From contig CAYOFQ010000001.1 in assembly GCA_964403585.1 (NCBI GenBank), forward strand, positions 204,456 to 268,455: a stretch of 64,000 nucleotides of DNA, in the 5' to 3' direction. Under the pieces are notes generated by a model. That model made no database searches. It was not told where the DNA came from and saw only the letters and a program-made list of their open reading frames with translations. The translations under genes were made by a program, and so were the position numbers. Of the stretch, positions 1 to 9,519 are shown in pieces (position 1 is the first letter of the stretch; each line of letters starts with the position of its first letter). The DNA comes from an uncultured Gammaproteobacteria bacterium. GTDB lineage: Bacteria; Patescibacteriota; Microgenomatia; JALYQM01.

Positions 1-175
1 ACACCGAACCAATCGGAATACCTGCCCGTTTAGCAATCTCGTTAGTCGTCGCGTTATCATATCCCACTTCCGAAAAAAGTGTCGAAGCCACATCCAGAAT
101 ATGAGCTACTCTCTGGGCACTGCGTTCCTGCATTGGCTCATGACGCATCTCTTTTTGTTTTGTTGGCGTCTTCAT
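1..175 (-). CDS. TetR/AcrR family transcriptional regulator (partial; N-terminus in window, C-terminus off the edge)
   Basis: Reverse translation from ATG at 175 gives MKTPTKQKEMRHEPMQERSAQRVAHILDVASTLFSEVGYDNATTNEIAKRAGIPIGSV, a typical TetR N-terminal HTH. Confidence 0.65.
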   Translation of the reverse strand, partial: MKTPTKQKEMRHEPMQERSAQRVAHILDVASTLFSEVGYDNATTNEIAKRAGIPIGSV

Positions 176-289
176 GATCGGATTATACACCATTAATATA
201 CGAGCTTGTGCTCATAATATTCACTTATAGGATAATACTGCCATACTATCATTAAGTATCGTGATTCTGCAATTACCAACCTTTAATGA

Positions 290-295
290 TATAAT
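290..295 (+). promoter_or_regulatory. -10-like hexamer TATAAT 6 nt upstream of ATG (leaderless-type start)
   Basis: GATATAATCTCCGT-ATG with no Shine-Dalgarno sequence; the TATAATCT core also precedes the starts at 4994 and 36472. Confidence 0.35.
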
Positions 296-301
296 CTCCG
301 T

Positions 302-814
302 ATGGCTGAAGAAAAGCAACGTTATATAGTTATACCGCGTACGCTTATTTGTGTTTTTAGAAACGGAAAACTATTGCTCATGAAGTACTCGGGTAAGGGC
401 GAAAACCAAACTCAGGAGAAAGAAGATCGTAAAGATATATATAACCCGATTGGTGGACATATCGAACAAACGGAGGACATCATTGCCAGTGCCCGTCGAG
501 AGGCCGAAGAAGAAGCGGGGATAACCTTAATAGAGCCTAAAATAAAAGGCATTGTCAATGTTAACAACTTTTCAGGTAAAAACGTCATGATGTTCGTAGT
601 TACCGCAAGGACCGAGGATGAAGGACTAAAATCAACTTTAGAAGGCGAACTGGTATGGGTGGACCCTGCCACTATCGCACAGTTAAATGTTTTCAAAGAT
701 CTGAAATTAATCATCGAAAAGCTACTCGAACTCAAAGATAACCAAACCTTCGTTGGAACTTCTGTCTATGATGGCAAATTCGAATTACTGGATATACAAC
801 TCTCCACAATCTAA
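302..814 (+). CDS. NUDIX hydrolase
   Basis: Nudix box GGHIEQTEDIIASARREAEEEAGI (GX5EX7REUXEEXGU); stop overlaps the next start (ATGA). Confidence 0.75.
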   Translation: MAEEKQRYIVIPRTLICVFRNGKLLLMKYSGKGENQTQEKEDRKDIYNPIGGHIEQTEDIIASARREAEEEAGITLIEPKIKGIVNVNNFSGKNVMMFVVTARTEDEGLKSTLEGELVWVDPATIAQLNVFKDLKLIIEKLLELKDNQTFVGTSVYDGKFELLDIQLSTI

Positions 815-1962
815 TGAAATCAGCACTCTCTCCGCTCGTACGGCTCTATCTCATGAATGCGCTTGGTAAGGGTTTCTCAATCTTTTATTTCGTTCTGCTT
901 CCGGTATTTTATGCTCAAAAAATTATCGATTCGACGCAAATGGGCTATATTGGTGCGATTATGATAGCCATGCTTATTTTTGGAGCGATAACAGTTGTTC
1001 GGTGGTTACACAATATCGCAACGAAAACGTTATTGCAGGCGGCTGCTCTAAGCGGGGTGGCCAGTTCCTTTTTCCTTCTGTTTGCTTTAAATCAAAAGAG
1101 TCTGGAATTGCTGATAGCTTCCTACGCAATTATGGGGCTGGTCGTTGGAATTACCATGTCCGGAGTAAAAGCCGTTGCGGCAGAAATAACCGCCCGGGGC
1201 GACCGGTATAAGTCCCTCGCTAAACTGCATATGACCACCGATATCGTCCGCATTGGATTTCCCTTGCTGGTCTCAGGTGCCATCGTGTTGGGTTCCACCG
1301 GTGCTGCCGTTGTCCTCATCATGATTGCCGGCATTTTGTTTTTTCTGCTGACAAGCAGTCTGCCCAGAATTTCTCAGAAAATAAGCGTACCTTCAATTTC
1401 AGGCGGAAGTCTAAGGCACAACAAAGATTTCTTTTTTATGCAAGCTGTGGAATTTCTTGATTCTTTCTCCAGTTCTCAGTTATTTGTTTTTCTGCCCCTT
1501 ATATTTTTATCTAAAGGCTACTCGTTACAAAGTAGCTTATTACTCCAAACCTTTATTTTTCTGGGGTATATCAGCGGACGCTACTTTGTCAGTGTCCTTG
1601 CCAAACGGTTCTCTGGGCTGCAGGCCATCGCCTATGCGGAAATCGGCATGGTCATAAGCATTATTTTACTGCTGCTCACCAGTAATTTCTTACTCCTCTA
1701 TGTCATAACCTATTTTCTGGGCATCTTTGCGCGGGGAACATCACCGGCGATCGAAGCCCTTTCCATGGACACCCTCACCGAAAGTCAAACCAAAAAAGGG
1801 ACCGCGCTCCATATTGTTTTTGGCGACAGCGGCAGCGCACTAAGTCAACTCATTTTTGGCTTACTTATCGCCTGGTATGGAGTCAACTCACCATTTATTA
1901 TTTCAGCCGTGATCGCCGGAGTAGTTGGTGTGCTGTGTTTGAGTAGAAAAATAGTATTGTAA
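814..1962 (+). CDS. MFS transporter
   Basis: 382 aa, about 12 predicted TM helices with an MFS-like layout; translationally coupled to the upstream NUDIX gene. Confidence 0.6.
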   Translation: MKSALSPLVRLYLMNALGKGFSIFYFVLLPVFYAQKIIDSTQMGYIGAIMIAMLIFGAITVVRWLHNIATKTLLQAAALSGVASSFFLLFALNQKSLELLIASYAIMGLVVGITMSGVKAVAAEITARGDRYKSLAKLHMTTDIVRIGFPLLVSGAIVLGSTGAAVVLIMIAGILFFLLTSSLPRISQKISVPSISGGSLRHNKDFFFMQAVEFLDSFSSSQLFVFLPLIFLSKGYSLQSSLLLQTFIFLGYISGRYFVSVLAKRFSGLQAIAYAEIGMVISIILLLLTSNFLLLYVITYFLGIFARGTSPAIEALSMDTLTESQTKKGTALHIVFGDSGSALSQLIFGLLIAWYGVNSPFIISAVIAGVVGVLCLSRKIVL

Positions 1963-1991
1963 AAACCATTATTAGGACCTACAATGAAGGC

Positions 1992-2591
1992 ATGAACAAA
2001 CAAATTCTTTATACGATCGTACTTGCTTTTATTTTAAGTGCATGTACAAATTCCGCACCCACACCAACAATTCAACCTGTCGGGAGTACAACTCCACTAC
2101 CTGAGACAAAAACAAGTTCGCCGTCGGCAGATTCATCTCAAAACTGGAAAACCTATTCTTCGACTGATTATTCTGTCCAATATCCCAATGGGTGGACCGT
2201 TGAAGAAGGTACTAATGGTTTAGTGGAAATATTTAATCCGAAAACTGCGGTCGACGCAGTAGGGAACGGCGGTGGTAATCATAAAATAGAAACTGAATAC
2301 GTTAATATTACTCAAGTCAACTCGACACAAACGGTAAAGCAATATGTTGATGAAATATTAAAAACTAACCCAGCCTATATTAATGTCAGCACTGATGTAC
2401 TTCAAAGAGAGGTAATTAAAATAAATAATGTTACAGCCGAAATAATGAATGACAATGGTCAAGCTGCTGCTGCTAAAATATTGCACGTATCCAATGGAAA
2501 AAAGATGTTTATTCTCTATACATCAGATTTAGACATCCATGACCTAAATAAGAATGAGGTGAAGTTAATTAATTCGCTTAAATTTAAATAG
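1992..2591 (+). CDS. lipoprotein, unknown function (S/T/P-rich linker after lipobox)
   Basis: Signal peptide plus lipobox LSAC (MNKQILYTIVLAFILSACTNS), followed by PTPTIQPVGSTTPLPETKTSSPSADSS. Confidence 0.55.
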   Translation: MNKQILYTIVLAFILSACTNSAPTPTIQPVGSTTPLPETKTSSPSADSSQNWKTYSSTDYSVQYPNGWTVEEGTNGLVEIFNPKTAVDAVGNGGGNHKIETEYVNITQVNSTQTVKQYVDEILKTNPAYINVSTDVLQREVIKINNVTAEIMNDNGQAAAAKILHVSNGKKMFILYTSDLDIHDLNKNEVKLINSLKFK

Positions 2592-2599
2592 TCCTAACC

Positions 2600-2905
2600 T
2601 CAAACATGAGCAAACCACCAGCGGATCGAGTGCACAATGCCGCGCTTTTTATAGCTCATTCTCCAGCAGGTAATGATCACCCAGATTTTATCCGTATCAT
2701 TCCAGCGATATACCACACAAATCGTTTCATCATTCTCAGTTCGCTCGTTCTGTTCCAATCCATAAGAATATCCCCACGCTGCCTTCTTCCGGCGGTGCGG
2801 ATAATTAAAAACCGTCAGTACTTGTCGTTCAGTAAGCGCATGATAGTCCATCTTTTCTTTTGCTTTATTTGTGAACAGTACTAATGGCGGAGCAAGATAC
2901 GACAT
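2600..2905 (-). CDS. DUF4258 family protein (toxin-like small protein)
   Basis: HALTERQV...TICVVYRWNDTDKIWVIITCWR matches the DUF4258 pattern (hA..rm.eR....vVy......VITvy); start may be the internal Met near 2851. Confidence 0.4.
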   Translation of the reverse strand: MSYLAPPLVLFTNKAKEKMDYHALTERQVLTVFNYPHRRKKAAWGYSYGLEQNERTENDETICVVYRWNDTDKIWVIITCWRMSYKKRGIVHSIRWWFAHV

Positions 2906-2906
2906 A

Positions 2907-3521
2907 TTAGGTGCACGATGCCTGCGGGATCTGAATAGTTACATTTTCAAAATCCAGTGCCGTAAATAATTTGGTTAACTGTTTTTTGGCATTTTCACCC
3001 GCAACATTTAAGATATCCGATTCACACGCAGCTACCCGGATCGATTCTTCTGCCACTTGGCGGGTTTGGCCTTCCAGGTCTTTATCTCCCCGGTTAAGTA
3101 AGCCTTGTTGCCGGTCATACACGCGACTTTTCTCATTATCCAGCTTTACAAAGAAGATTTGTGGTTGTGGCAAGTTTACCGTTAAGTTTTTATCTTCTAC
3201 TTTAATAGCTGCATCTTTTATCTGAGATAAATCAACACCGGCTACTACCTCACCATGAGCGATAAATAAAATGCGATCGCCGTAGAGTAGTGTTTGCAGA
3301 GCATTACCTTCTTTTCCGCCTTCAATAATTTTTTCAATTGTAAAAGTTGCGCTCTCTAATCGGTTCAGTTCACGCATCTCCTTCACGACTGCCGTATGAT
3401 CACGATTAAAGGTATATTTGTTCCGGAGGGAAAAATATCCCAGCACTAAACTTACAATCAATGCAATGCCAAGTAATAGGATAAGCAATCTATTCATAAG
3501 GTTATAACAACAGTATAACAA
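2907..3521 (-). CDS. DUF4230 family membrane-anchored protein
   Basis: N-terminal TM helix followed by a domain resembling DUF4230 (LFIAHGEVVAGVDLSQI...FFVKLDNEKSRVYD); likely start is Met at 3497. Confidence 0.45.
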   Translation of the reverse strand: MLYCCYNLMNRLLILLLGIALIVSLVLGYFSLRNKYTFNRDHTAVVKEMRELNRLESATFTIEKIIEGGKEGNALQTLLYGDRILFIAHGEVVAGVDLSQIKDAAIKVEDKNLTVNLPQPQIFFVKLDNEKSRVYDRQQGLLNRGDKDLEGQTRQVAEESIRVAACESDILNVAGENAKKQLTKLFTALDFENVTIQIPQASCT

Positions 3522-4256
3522 TTATGATGATTTACCTGCAACTGTTTGTCGGGGGAAAAAACGTGTCTTGCCCCATTTGTAAAAATAAATACTTACGAGC
3601 AGGCAGACACTACCTAATACATATGCGGCCAGGACATCGCTTGCCCAGTGCTCACCTAAATAAATTCGTGAGGGACCGACCAGGAGTACCAGCGAAGCAA
3701 ACAAAACAAGCAACGCCGTTCGATGAAACGAATGCTTCATCAAGACATAACTTAAAAACCATAAAAATCCGAAAAATGAAGTGTATGAAACCGTGTGCAC
3801 ACTCGGGAAACTCGTATCACTCAGATGGTTGAGCACTGTTACCAGATCTTGGGAGGGGCGGGGGCGATTAATAAATTCCTTTACCAGAGCGGCAGCAGCA
3901 GCTGAACCAAAGCCACTCAAAAAAGTTACCACAGATTCCCATCGCAACCCAAGAAGAAAAACAAACAGCGATACAAAGAGAAGCATGATCGGAAATTGCG
4001 GCAAATATCCGGCCCAGCTGACTAAAGCCATCACCGGATAGAGTGGCAGTCGACGTGACTCCTGAAGTTCCTGAGTAATCATCAGATCGACGGTAAAGTA
4101 AGGGACAACACGCGCGGCTAACGCCATCACCCCAAACACAATAATCGCCAAAACAATATACCACTCAAAAACCAGCATCCGCAGATGCCGCTCTTGTGGT
4201 GAAACAATAAAGTCACGTACTTTTTGTCGGAAAACGGGAAAAAATGCCGGGTGCAT
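3522..4256 (-). CDS. PAP2 superfamily phosphatase (phosphatidic acid / undecaprenyl-diphosphate phosphatase-like)
   Basis: PAP2 motifs KEFINRPRP, SFPSVHT and SRIYLGEHWASDV in a polytopic membrane protein. Confidence 0.75.
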   Translation of the reverse strand: MHPAFFPVFRQKVRDFIVSPQERHLRMLVFEWYIVLAIIVFGVMALAARVVPYFTVDLMITQELQESRRLPLYPVMALVSWAGYLPQFPIMLLFVSLFVFLLGLRWESVVTFLSGFGSAAAAALVKEFINRPRPSQDLVTVLNHLSDTSFPSVHTVSYTSFFGFLWFLSYVLMKHSFHRTALLVLFASLVLLVGPSRIYLGEHWASDVLAAYVLGSVCLLVSIYFYKWGKTRFFPRQTVAGKSS

Positions 4257-4297
4257 ACACTTATTCTACAGGAAAAGTACGGTATAATACACCTCGT

Positions 4298-4969
4298 ATG
4301 GACGCTAAAACGATTGAGCTTGCCAAAAAAAATCTCTCCCGCGACCCGGTCATGAAAAAACTGATTGAGACTATCGAAACACCGGTTTGGTCAACAGATA
4401 ATAATCTCTTTTTCGATCTCCTTGACGCGATAATCTCTCAGCAGCTCTCGGTAAAAGCCGGAGCTACCATCCTCGGTCGTTTTATTGCACTTTTTGCTAG
4501 TTCGAAAACTACGATCGTTGAAAGCGCTCTGGGTAAAACTGCTTCCGAACCGAAAAATAAAGTTATTCTGCCGGAAGAAATTCTCGAAAAACCCGACGAA
4601 GTACTTCGTGCCGCCGGGCTTTCTAACGCTAAAGTACGCTATGTTAAAGCTCTCTCCCAGGCTATTGTCGATAAAACACTCGACTTGAAAGCAATACATT
4701 CACTATCCGACCAAGAGGTGATAACGGAATTAACGAAGGTCAAGGGAATCGGCAAGTGGACAGCCGAAATGATTCTGATCTTTTCGCTGCATCGGCCCGA
4801 CGTCTTCTCCGTTGGTGATCTCGGTCTTCGTTCGGCAGTCAGCAAATTATACGGAATCGAACGTGAGGGTCTGACAAAGATTGAAGAACTTTCCCGAAAC
4901 TGGAGCCCCTACCGTAGTGTTGCCAGCCGGTACTTGTGGCGAAGTTTAGATAATGAGCCGAAAATTTAG
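4298..4969 (+). CDS. HhH-GPD DNA glycosylase (AlkA-like 3-methyladenine DNA glycosylase II)
   Basis: Helix-hairpin-helix/GPD region VKGIGKWTAEMILIFSLHRPDVFSVGDLGLRSAV; start moved to Met 4298 (ORF track began at 4244). Confidence 0.65.
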   Translation: MDAKTIELAKKNLSRDPVMKKLIETIETPVWSTDNNLFFDLLDAIISQQLSVKAGATILGRFIALFASSKTTIVESALGKTASEPKNKVILPEEILEKPDEVLRAAGLSNAKVRYVKALSQAIVDKTLDLKAIHSLSDQEVITELTKVKGIGKWTAEMILIFSLHRPDVFSVGDLGLRSAVSKLYGIEREGLTKIEELSRNWSPYRSVASRYLWRSLDNEPKI

Positions 4970-4981
4970 CCGTATTTATGA

Positions 4982-4987
4982 TATAAT
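4982..4987 (+). promoter_or_regulatory. -10-like hexamer TATAAT 6 nt upstream of ATG 4994
   Basis: TGATATAATCTGGTA-ATG with no SD. Confidence 0.35.
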
Positions 4988-4993
4988 CTGGTA

Positions 4994-6013
4994 ATGTATA
5001 CGTATTTCTCCACATGTGTGAGCGGCACCAATCCGATTGTTGAAAAAATTCTCCGGACAAAATTAAAAGATCTCTCGGTCACGGTAAACATTGATGGATT
5101 ACTTGTCTACACCACCGAATCACTTCCCGAGGAAGTCAAACAGTTGCGCGGACTTAACAATAGCTTTCTGTTAGTTAAATTGTACAAAAATGCTCAGCCA
5201 ATAACCGCCGAAAAACTCATCAAGCAGACGTTGGGAGAACCCAAAATCCTGCAGAGCATAACTCAAAATATTTCGTCTAAACAGTTTACTTTTCGCATTG
5301 TAACGTCTGAAGAAAATCACATGGTTTCCGTAAATAATGCCCTAATTGAGCAATTGGAAGAACGTATTGGCCACCGCAGCCACCTTAAACCAAATCGACG
5401 CAATCCTCAAAATGAGATCTGGTTTTTAACCAGAAGTGAAGGCTATAGTTTTATCGGAATCAGGTTAACGCGCTCGTCTAATACCGAAAAGTCACTTGCA
5501 CAGGGAGAACTGTCACCTGAATTGGCTCATCTGCTGTGTAATATTTCCGAACCCGACAAAGATGACGTCATTCTTGACCCCTTTGCCGGTCACGGAGCCA
5601 TTCCAATTGAGCGAACTAATAGTAAATCCAAAGAAATTGTCGCAATCGAGAAAGATAAAGAGCGTGTTTCCGAATTGAAGGAAAAAGTTGCCAAACTCAA
5701 TAAGAAAATAACCATCTACCAGGGCGACGCAACCAATTTTAGTCAAATAGCCAATGAAAGTATCGATAAAATCATAACCGACCCGCCGTGGGGAGCGTAT
5801 GATACTGACTTGGATATCCCCAAATTATACGAGAAAATGCTTAAAGAATGTATCCGGGTCACTAAACCGTCGGGGATAATTGTCATCCTTACCGCTCAAA
5901 AAGAGACCCTCCTTAAAATATCCCGCAGCAGCAAGCAACTGGAGTTGATCGAGCAATATGACATTCTTGTCTCAGGCAAAAAGGCGGGAATATATAAATA
6001 TAAGAGGATTTAG
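4994..6013 (+). CDS. THUMP-domain class I SAM-dependent RNA methyltransferase (COG0116-like)
   Basis: Motif I ILDPFAGHGAIPIE and motif IV ITDPPWG (DPPW) typical of m2G/m6A methyltransferases; TATAAT 6 nt upstream of the ATG. Confidence 0.6.
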   Translation: MYTYFSTCVSGTNPIVEKILRTKLKDLSVTVNIDGLLVYTTESLPEEVKQLRGLNNSFLLVKLYKNAQPITAEKLIKQTLGEPKILQSITQNISSKQFTFRIVTSEENHMVSVNNALIEQLEERIGHRSHLKPNRRNPQNEIWFLTRSEGYSFIGIRLTRSSNTEKSLAQGELSPELAHLLCNISEPDKDDVILDPFAGHGAIPIERTNSKSKEIVAIEKDKERVSELKEKVAKLNKKITIYQGDATNFSQIANESIDKIITDPPWGAYDTDLDIPKLYEKMLKECIRVTKPSGIIVILTAQKETLLKISRSSKQLELIEQYDILVSGKKAGIYKYKRI

Positions 6014-7164
6014 TGGCGAAGTAATCGTACATACAGCATCAAGACCGTCAACAATAACAACTCTCCAATCGCCAGAGCCTGATTCGGCGCTAATGTATCG
6101 GCGAGCATCCCAAATAAGTAGGCAAATACGGCGAAAAACAAACTTGCTCCGAGGCTGTTAAGACTTCCCATCGTTGCGCGTTGTTTATCGGTAAATTCTT
6201 TTTGAAATAACGCATCCTTGGATATTGAGGTAATACCGTAGGAAAATGAAGTACTCGAGATTAACAGCGGGGATAAAATAGTCGGGAAAAGTGTCGCTAC
6301 CAGACCGGCAACCCGGGCATATATGGTCGCTCCGACCAACGATTCAAAGTGCCCAAACCGTTTCGTCACTGCACCACTTAAGCGCATGCCAATCGCTGCG
6401 CCGAAGTTCGCCAGCATTTTAGCCACACCGATTGCCCATACCGGCCACAATAACGCCACAAAAGCCGAACTGAACTGGTACATTGATTCCCCGATGCCGT
6501 AATCTAAAATCGACGCTATACTTAATAGTCTGAGCCGGTAATTTTCTTTAAATTTGCGTAGTGCTGTACTCAAATGGCTATAAATATTAGTCTCATCATT
6601 CCGGTCATATACGGTTGGCTCTCGAACCTGAAAGCTGATCAGCAGGCAAATAATCTGTGGAATAACAGACAGCCACAACACCAGCGGAAAAGAGAAATAC
6701 GCAATCACACCGCCCATTAAGGCCGATGCCGCCAGTGCAAACTGAAACATTGAATTTACTTTGCCTGAATATTCGGCATAGTCATTTTCTTGCCCGTACT
6801 CTTTGAGCGAATCATGTAAAAGCGCCTGATTATTTCCGCTGTAAAACGAACGCGCGAGACCGGCAAAGATACCCCCGATAACCAGCACCCAGAAATTAAC
6901 TCCTATCGCGAAGAATACTAAACTCAACACCGACATCACTGAACCCAGAACGAGTGTTCGCTTCCGTCCGACCATATCCGAAATAATCCCGGTAGGCAAT
7001 TCAAAGATGCTTGTTGAAAGCATCTCAACCGAGAATACCGCCAGTCCGAGTGCGTACGAATGCGTTATACCGGAAAAATAAATAATCGCCACTGGAGCAT
7101 AAGGCCGAAAGTCGGTAAAGAAATTAAACCAGGTCAGCAGTGAAATATTCTTATGAAACCGCAT
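6010..7164 (-). CDS. MFS transporter
   Basis: 384 aa polytopic membrane protein with MFS-like repeated 6+6 TM organisation. Confidence 0.55.
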   Translation of the reverse strand: MRFHKNISLLTWFNFFTDFRPYAPVAIIYFSGITHSYALGLAVFSVEMLSTSIFELPTGIISDMVGRKRTLVLGSVMSVLSLVFFAIGVNFWVLVIGGIFAGLARSFYSGNNQALLHDSLKEYGQENDYAEYSGKVNSMFQFALAASALMGGVIAYFSFPLVLWLSVIPQIICLLISFQVREPTVYDRNDETNIYSHLSTALRKFKENYRLRLLSIASILDYGIGESMYQFSSAFVALLWPVWAIGVAKMLANFGAAIGMRLSGAVTKRFGHFESLVGATIYARVAGLVATLFPTILSPLLISSTSFSYGITSISKDALFQKEFTDKQRATMGSLNSLGASLFFAVFAYLFGMLADTLAPNQALAIGELLLLTVLMLYVRLLRH

Positions 7165-7227
7165 TATTCTAAATGTACCATAGATTGCGGACTTGCCAAA
7201 TTCCTATCTTTTCGCATAATAGAAAAC

Positions 7228-8535
7228 ATGCCCCTCGAACTGAATGATCAATTCCAGTATGCCCTGGATATCATGGAAAACAGTAACAAGCACGTCTTCT
7301 TAACCGGACGCGCCGGCACCGGCAAATCTACCTTACTGACATATTTTCGGGGCACTACCCATAAAAATCATGTCGTTCTTGCTTCAACCGGAGCCGCAGC
7401 CGTCAATATTGGCGGCCAAACGATCCATTCTTTTTTTCACTTCATGCCCGATATAACCGAAGTCGAGGCCAGACGTTTAGGGCGTACCCATCAGCAAACC
7501 AAACTTATTAAAAAACTCCAGGCTATTGTGATAGATGAAGTATCGATGGTTCGCGCCGATCTTCTCGATTGTGTCGATGCATTTCTGAAAGAAGCCCGCC
7601 AAACGAGAGAGCCCTTTGGTGGCATTCAAATGATTTTTATCGGCGACATGTACCAGTTACCGCCGGTAGTTGGTAAAGACGAGGTAGAAATCTTTGCCCG
7701 GCTGTACGAATCGCCCTATTTCTTCGACTCCGAATCGTTCAAACGCATTAGCCGGTACGAGGAGTTTTATGAACACATCGAATTGCAGAAAATTTACCGG
7801 CAATCCGATCAGGATTTTATCAGCCTGTTAAATGGAATCAGGAACCGTGAGCTCCACAATACTAATTTATCGATCTTAAATGACCGGCTGCAACAGAATG
7901 TCGAAGTCCAAGCAGATTATATTTATCTGGTCACAACCAATAAACAAGCCGATGAAATCAACCGTGCCAATTTAGCTAAACTGCATACCGAAGAGCAGAT
8001 TTTTTATGGGGATATGCGTGGCGACTTTGAAAATAAAAGTCTGCCCACCGACGCAACGTTGACCCTCAAAATTGGCGCCAGGGTGATGTTTTTAAATAAT
8101 GATCCGGAGGAGCGCTGGATTAACGGCACACTGGGTGAGGTGCTCGGTTTTTACAGTGACGAAGCCAACGACAACATGCCAATTGTTGAAGTAAAAAAAG
8201 ACGATGGCCAGACAGTCGATGTCTACCCGCATACCTGGACAAATTATAAATCCAAGCTCAATGAAGAATCCGGAAAAATTGAAAAAGAAGCCGCCGGATC
8301 CTATACGCAAATCCCGTTAAAGTTAGCCTGGGCAATAACTATCCATAAAAGTCAGGGGAAAACCTTTGATAAAGTAATTATCGACATCGGTTGGGGCGCC
8401 TTTGCTTCAGGTCAAGTCTATGTCGCGCTTTCCCGCTGTAGGACGCTTGAGGGGATTATCTTAAAGAAACCTATCCAATATAAACATATTTTACTCGACG
8501 ACCGAATCAAGCGATTTTTCGCACCCAAACTGTGA
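7228..8535 (+). CDS. Pif1/RecD-like ATP-dependent DNA helicase
   Basis: Walker A GRAGTGKST; DEVSMV (Walker B); FIGDMYQLPPV; IHKSQG near the C-terminus, all characteristic of the Pif1 family. Confidence 0.7.
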   Translation: MPLELNDQFQYALDIMENSNKHVFLTGRAGTGKSTLLTYFRGTTHKNHVVLASTGAAAVNIGGQTIHSFFHFMPDITEVEARRLGRTHQQTKLIKKLQAIVIDEVSMVRADLLDCVDAFLKEARQTREPFGGIQMIFIGDMYQLPPVVGKDEVEIFARLYESPYFFDSESFKRISRYEEFYEHIELQKIYRQSDQDFISLLNGIRNRELHNTNLSILNDRLQQNVEVQADYIYLVTTNKQADEINRANLAKLHTEEQIFYGDMRGDFENKSLPTDATLTLKIGARVMFLNNDPEERWINGTLGEVLGFYSDEANDNMPIVEVKKDDGQTVDVYPHTWTNYKSKLNEESGKIEKEAAGSYTQIPLKLAWAITIHKSQGKTFDKVIIDIGWGAFASGQVYVALSRCRTLEGIILKKPIQYKHILLDDRIKRFFAPKL

Positions 8536-8536
8536 T

Positions 8537-9049
8537 ATGCAACCGACCTCCAAAAACGTACCGATGTCCTCAGCCCCATATGTCTATGATAAACAGGGCA
8601 ATATTGCCTGGGACAAAATGTGGGATTCTTTCTGTTCGCTTGCCAAAGAAGGAGGACCACCGCATCGGGGAACTGTGTTAAGCCATAAAGAATACAATTC
8701 TCAAACAGAAGAGTTCGCCAGGGCGAGTACTGAAATCCTGCGCGCCTATAAACTGCTGGTTCCATACCAAGCGGCCATTACTGACGATTACTGGGTCAAA
8801 GTCCAGCTTTATTCGCCGAATATGGCCAAATGGTTTGCCGAGATCATTAATTCTGAAAATGTTGAGTGTCGTGTAGAAAAAAGAACAATCTTTCTACCGG
8901 TCAACGATGACTTTTCCGGTAAAGAAATTAAGAATGTTGTAACCGTATTTGCGAAGGCCTTTCATTATTGGAAACTGCACCGCAGCTGGTTTGCCAAACT
9001 CGTTATTCATATCTCGGGTCAGGATTGGGAAGCCGGAATTTGGCGATAA
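8537..9049 (+). CDS. hypothetical protein
   Basis: 170 aa ORF starting 2 nt after the helicase stop; no recognisable motif. Confidence 0.3.
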   Translation: MQPTSKNVPMSSAPYVYDKQGNIAWDKMWDSFCSLAKEGGPPHRGTVLSHKEYNSQTEEFARASTEILRAYKLLVPYQAAITDDYWVKVQLYSPNMAKWFAEIINSENVECRVEKRTIFLPVNDDFSGKEIKNVVTVFAKAFHYWKLHRSWFAKLVIHISGQDWEAGIWR

Positions 9050-9090
9050 TCCCTCTTGAAACAATTCCGCTAAAATGGCATCGTAGATAC

Positions 9091-9519
9091 ATGACTATCA
9101 CCGGACTTTTGTTTATTATCGCTGCCTGGAGTATTGAGTGTTATCGCCTGGTACGGCATGATAAAAAAATAAATGAATGGTTCCTTGCCTGCTATATTAT
9201 CGGTGTATTTTTACTTGTTCTTGATGGTTTTGCCTCCGGGCCAAGTTTCACTGCCGTATTAAATCTCATCTCGTTGGGACTCTCCACATTTGTGTACGTA
9301 TATATCCTGCACAAATCCCATGAAGAAAAATCGTTATGGCATATATTTCCGTTTCATCGTAAACCAAAAAGCAAAAAATACTCTCCGGATATGGTCATGC
9401 ACTACATAATTTTGGCCTTATTAGTACTATTAATCCTTATAAGTGTTAAGCTTTTCACACCGGTGAATGCACACACCGAGCCATTCTGGCCGTTAACTGA
9501 CGCCCGTGCCGGTTATTAA
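9091..9519 (+). CDS. hypothetical membrane protein
   Basis: About 4 TM helices; start placed at Met 9091 to avoid overlap with the upstream ORF. Confidence 0.3.
   Translation: MTITGLLFIIAAWSIECYRLVRHDKKINEWFLACYIIGVFLLVLDGFASGPSFTAVLNLISLGLSTFVYVYILHKSHEEKSLWHIFPFHRKPKSKKYSPDMVMHYIILALLVLLILISVKLFTPVNAHTEPFWPLTDARAGY

Noticed and set aside
412-735. Antisense ORFs inside well-supported genes. Examples include 412-735, 1122-1334, 11451-11945, 13477-13812, 13959-14216, 48544-49044, 60166-60750 and 63773-63958.
   Set aside because: Each lies wholly within a longer ORF on the other strand that carries recognisable domain motifs. They have no RBS and no motifs and are typical shadow ORFs. The 63773-63958 ORF overlaps the epimerase C-terminal fragment in another frame.
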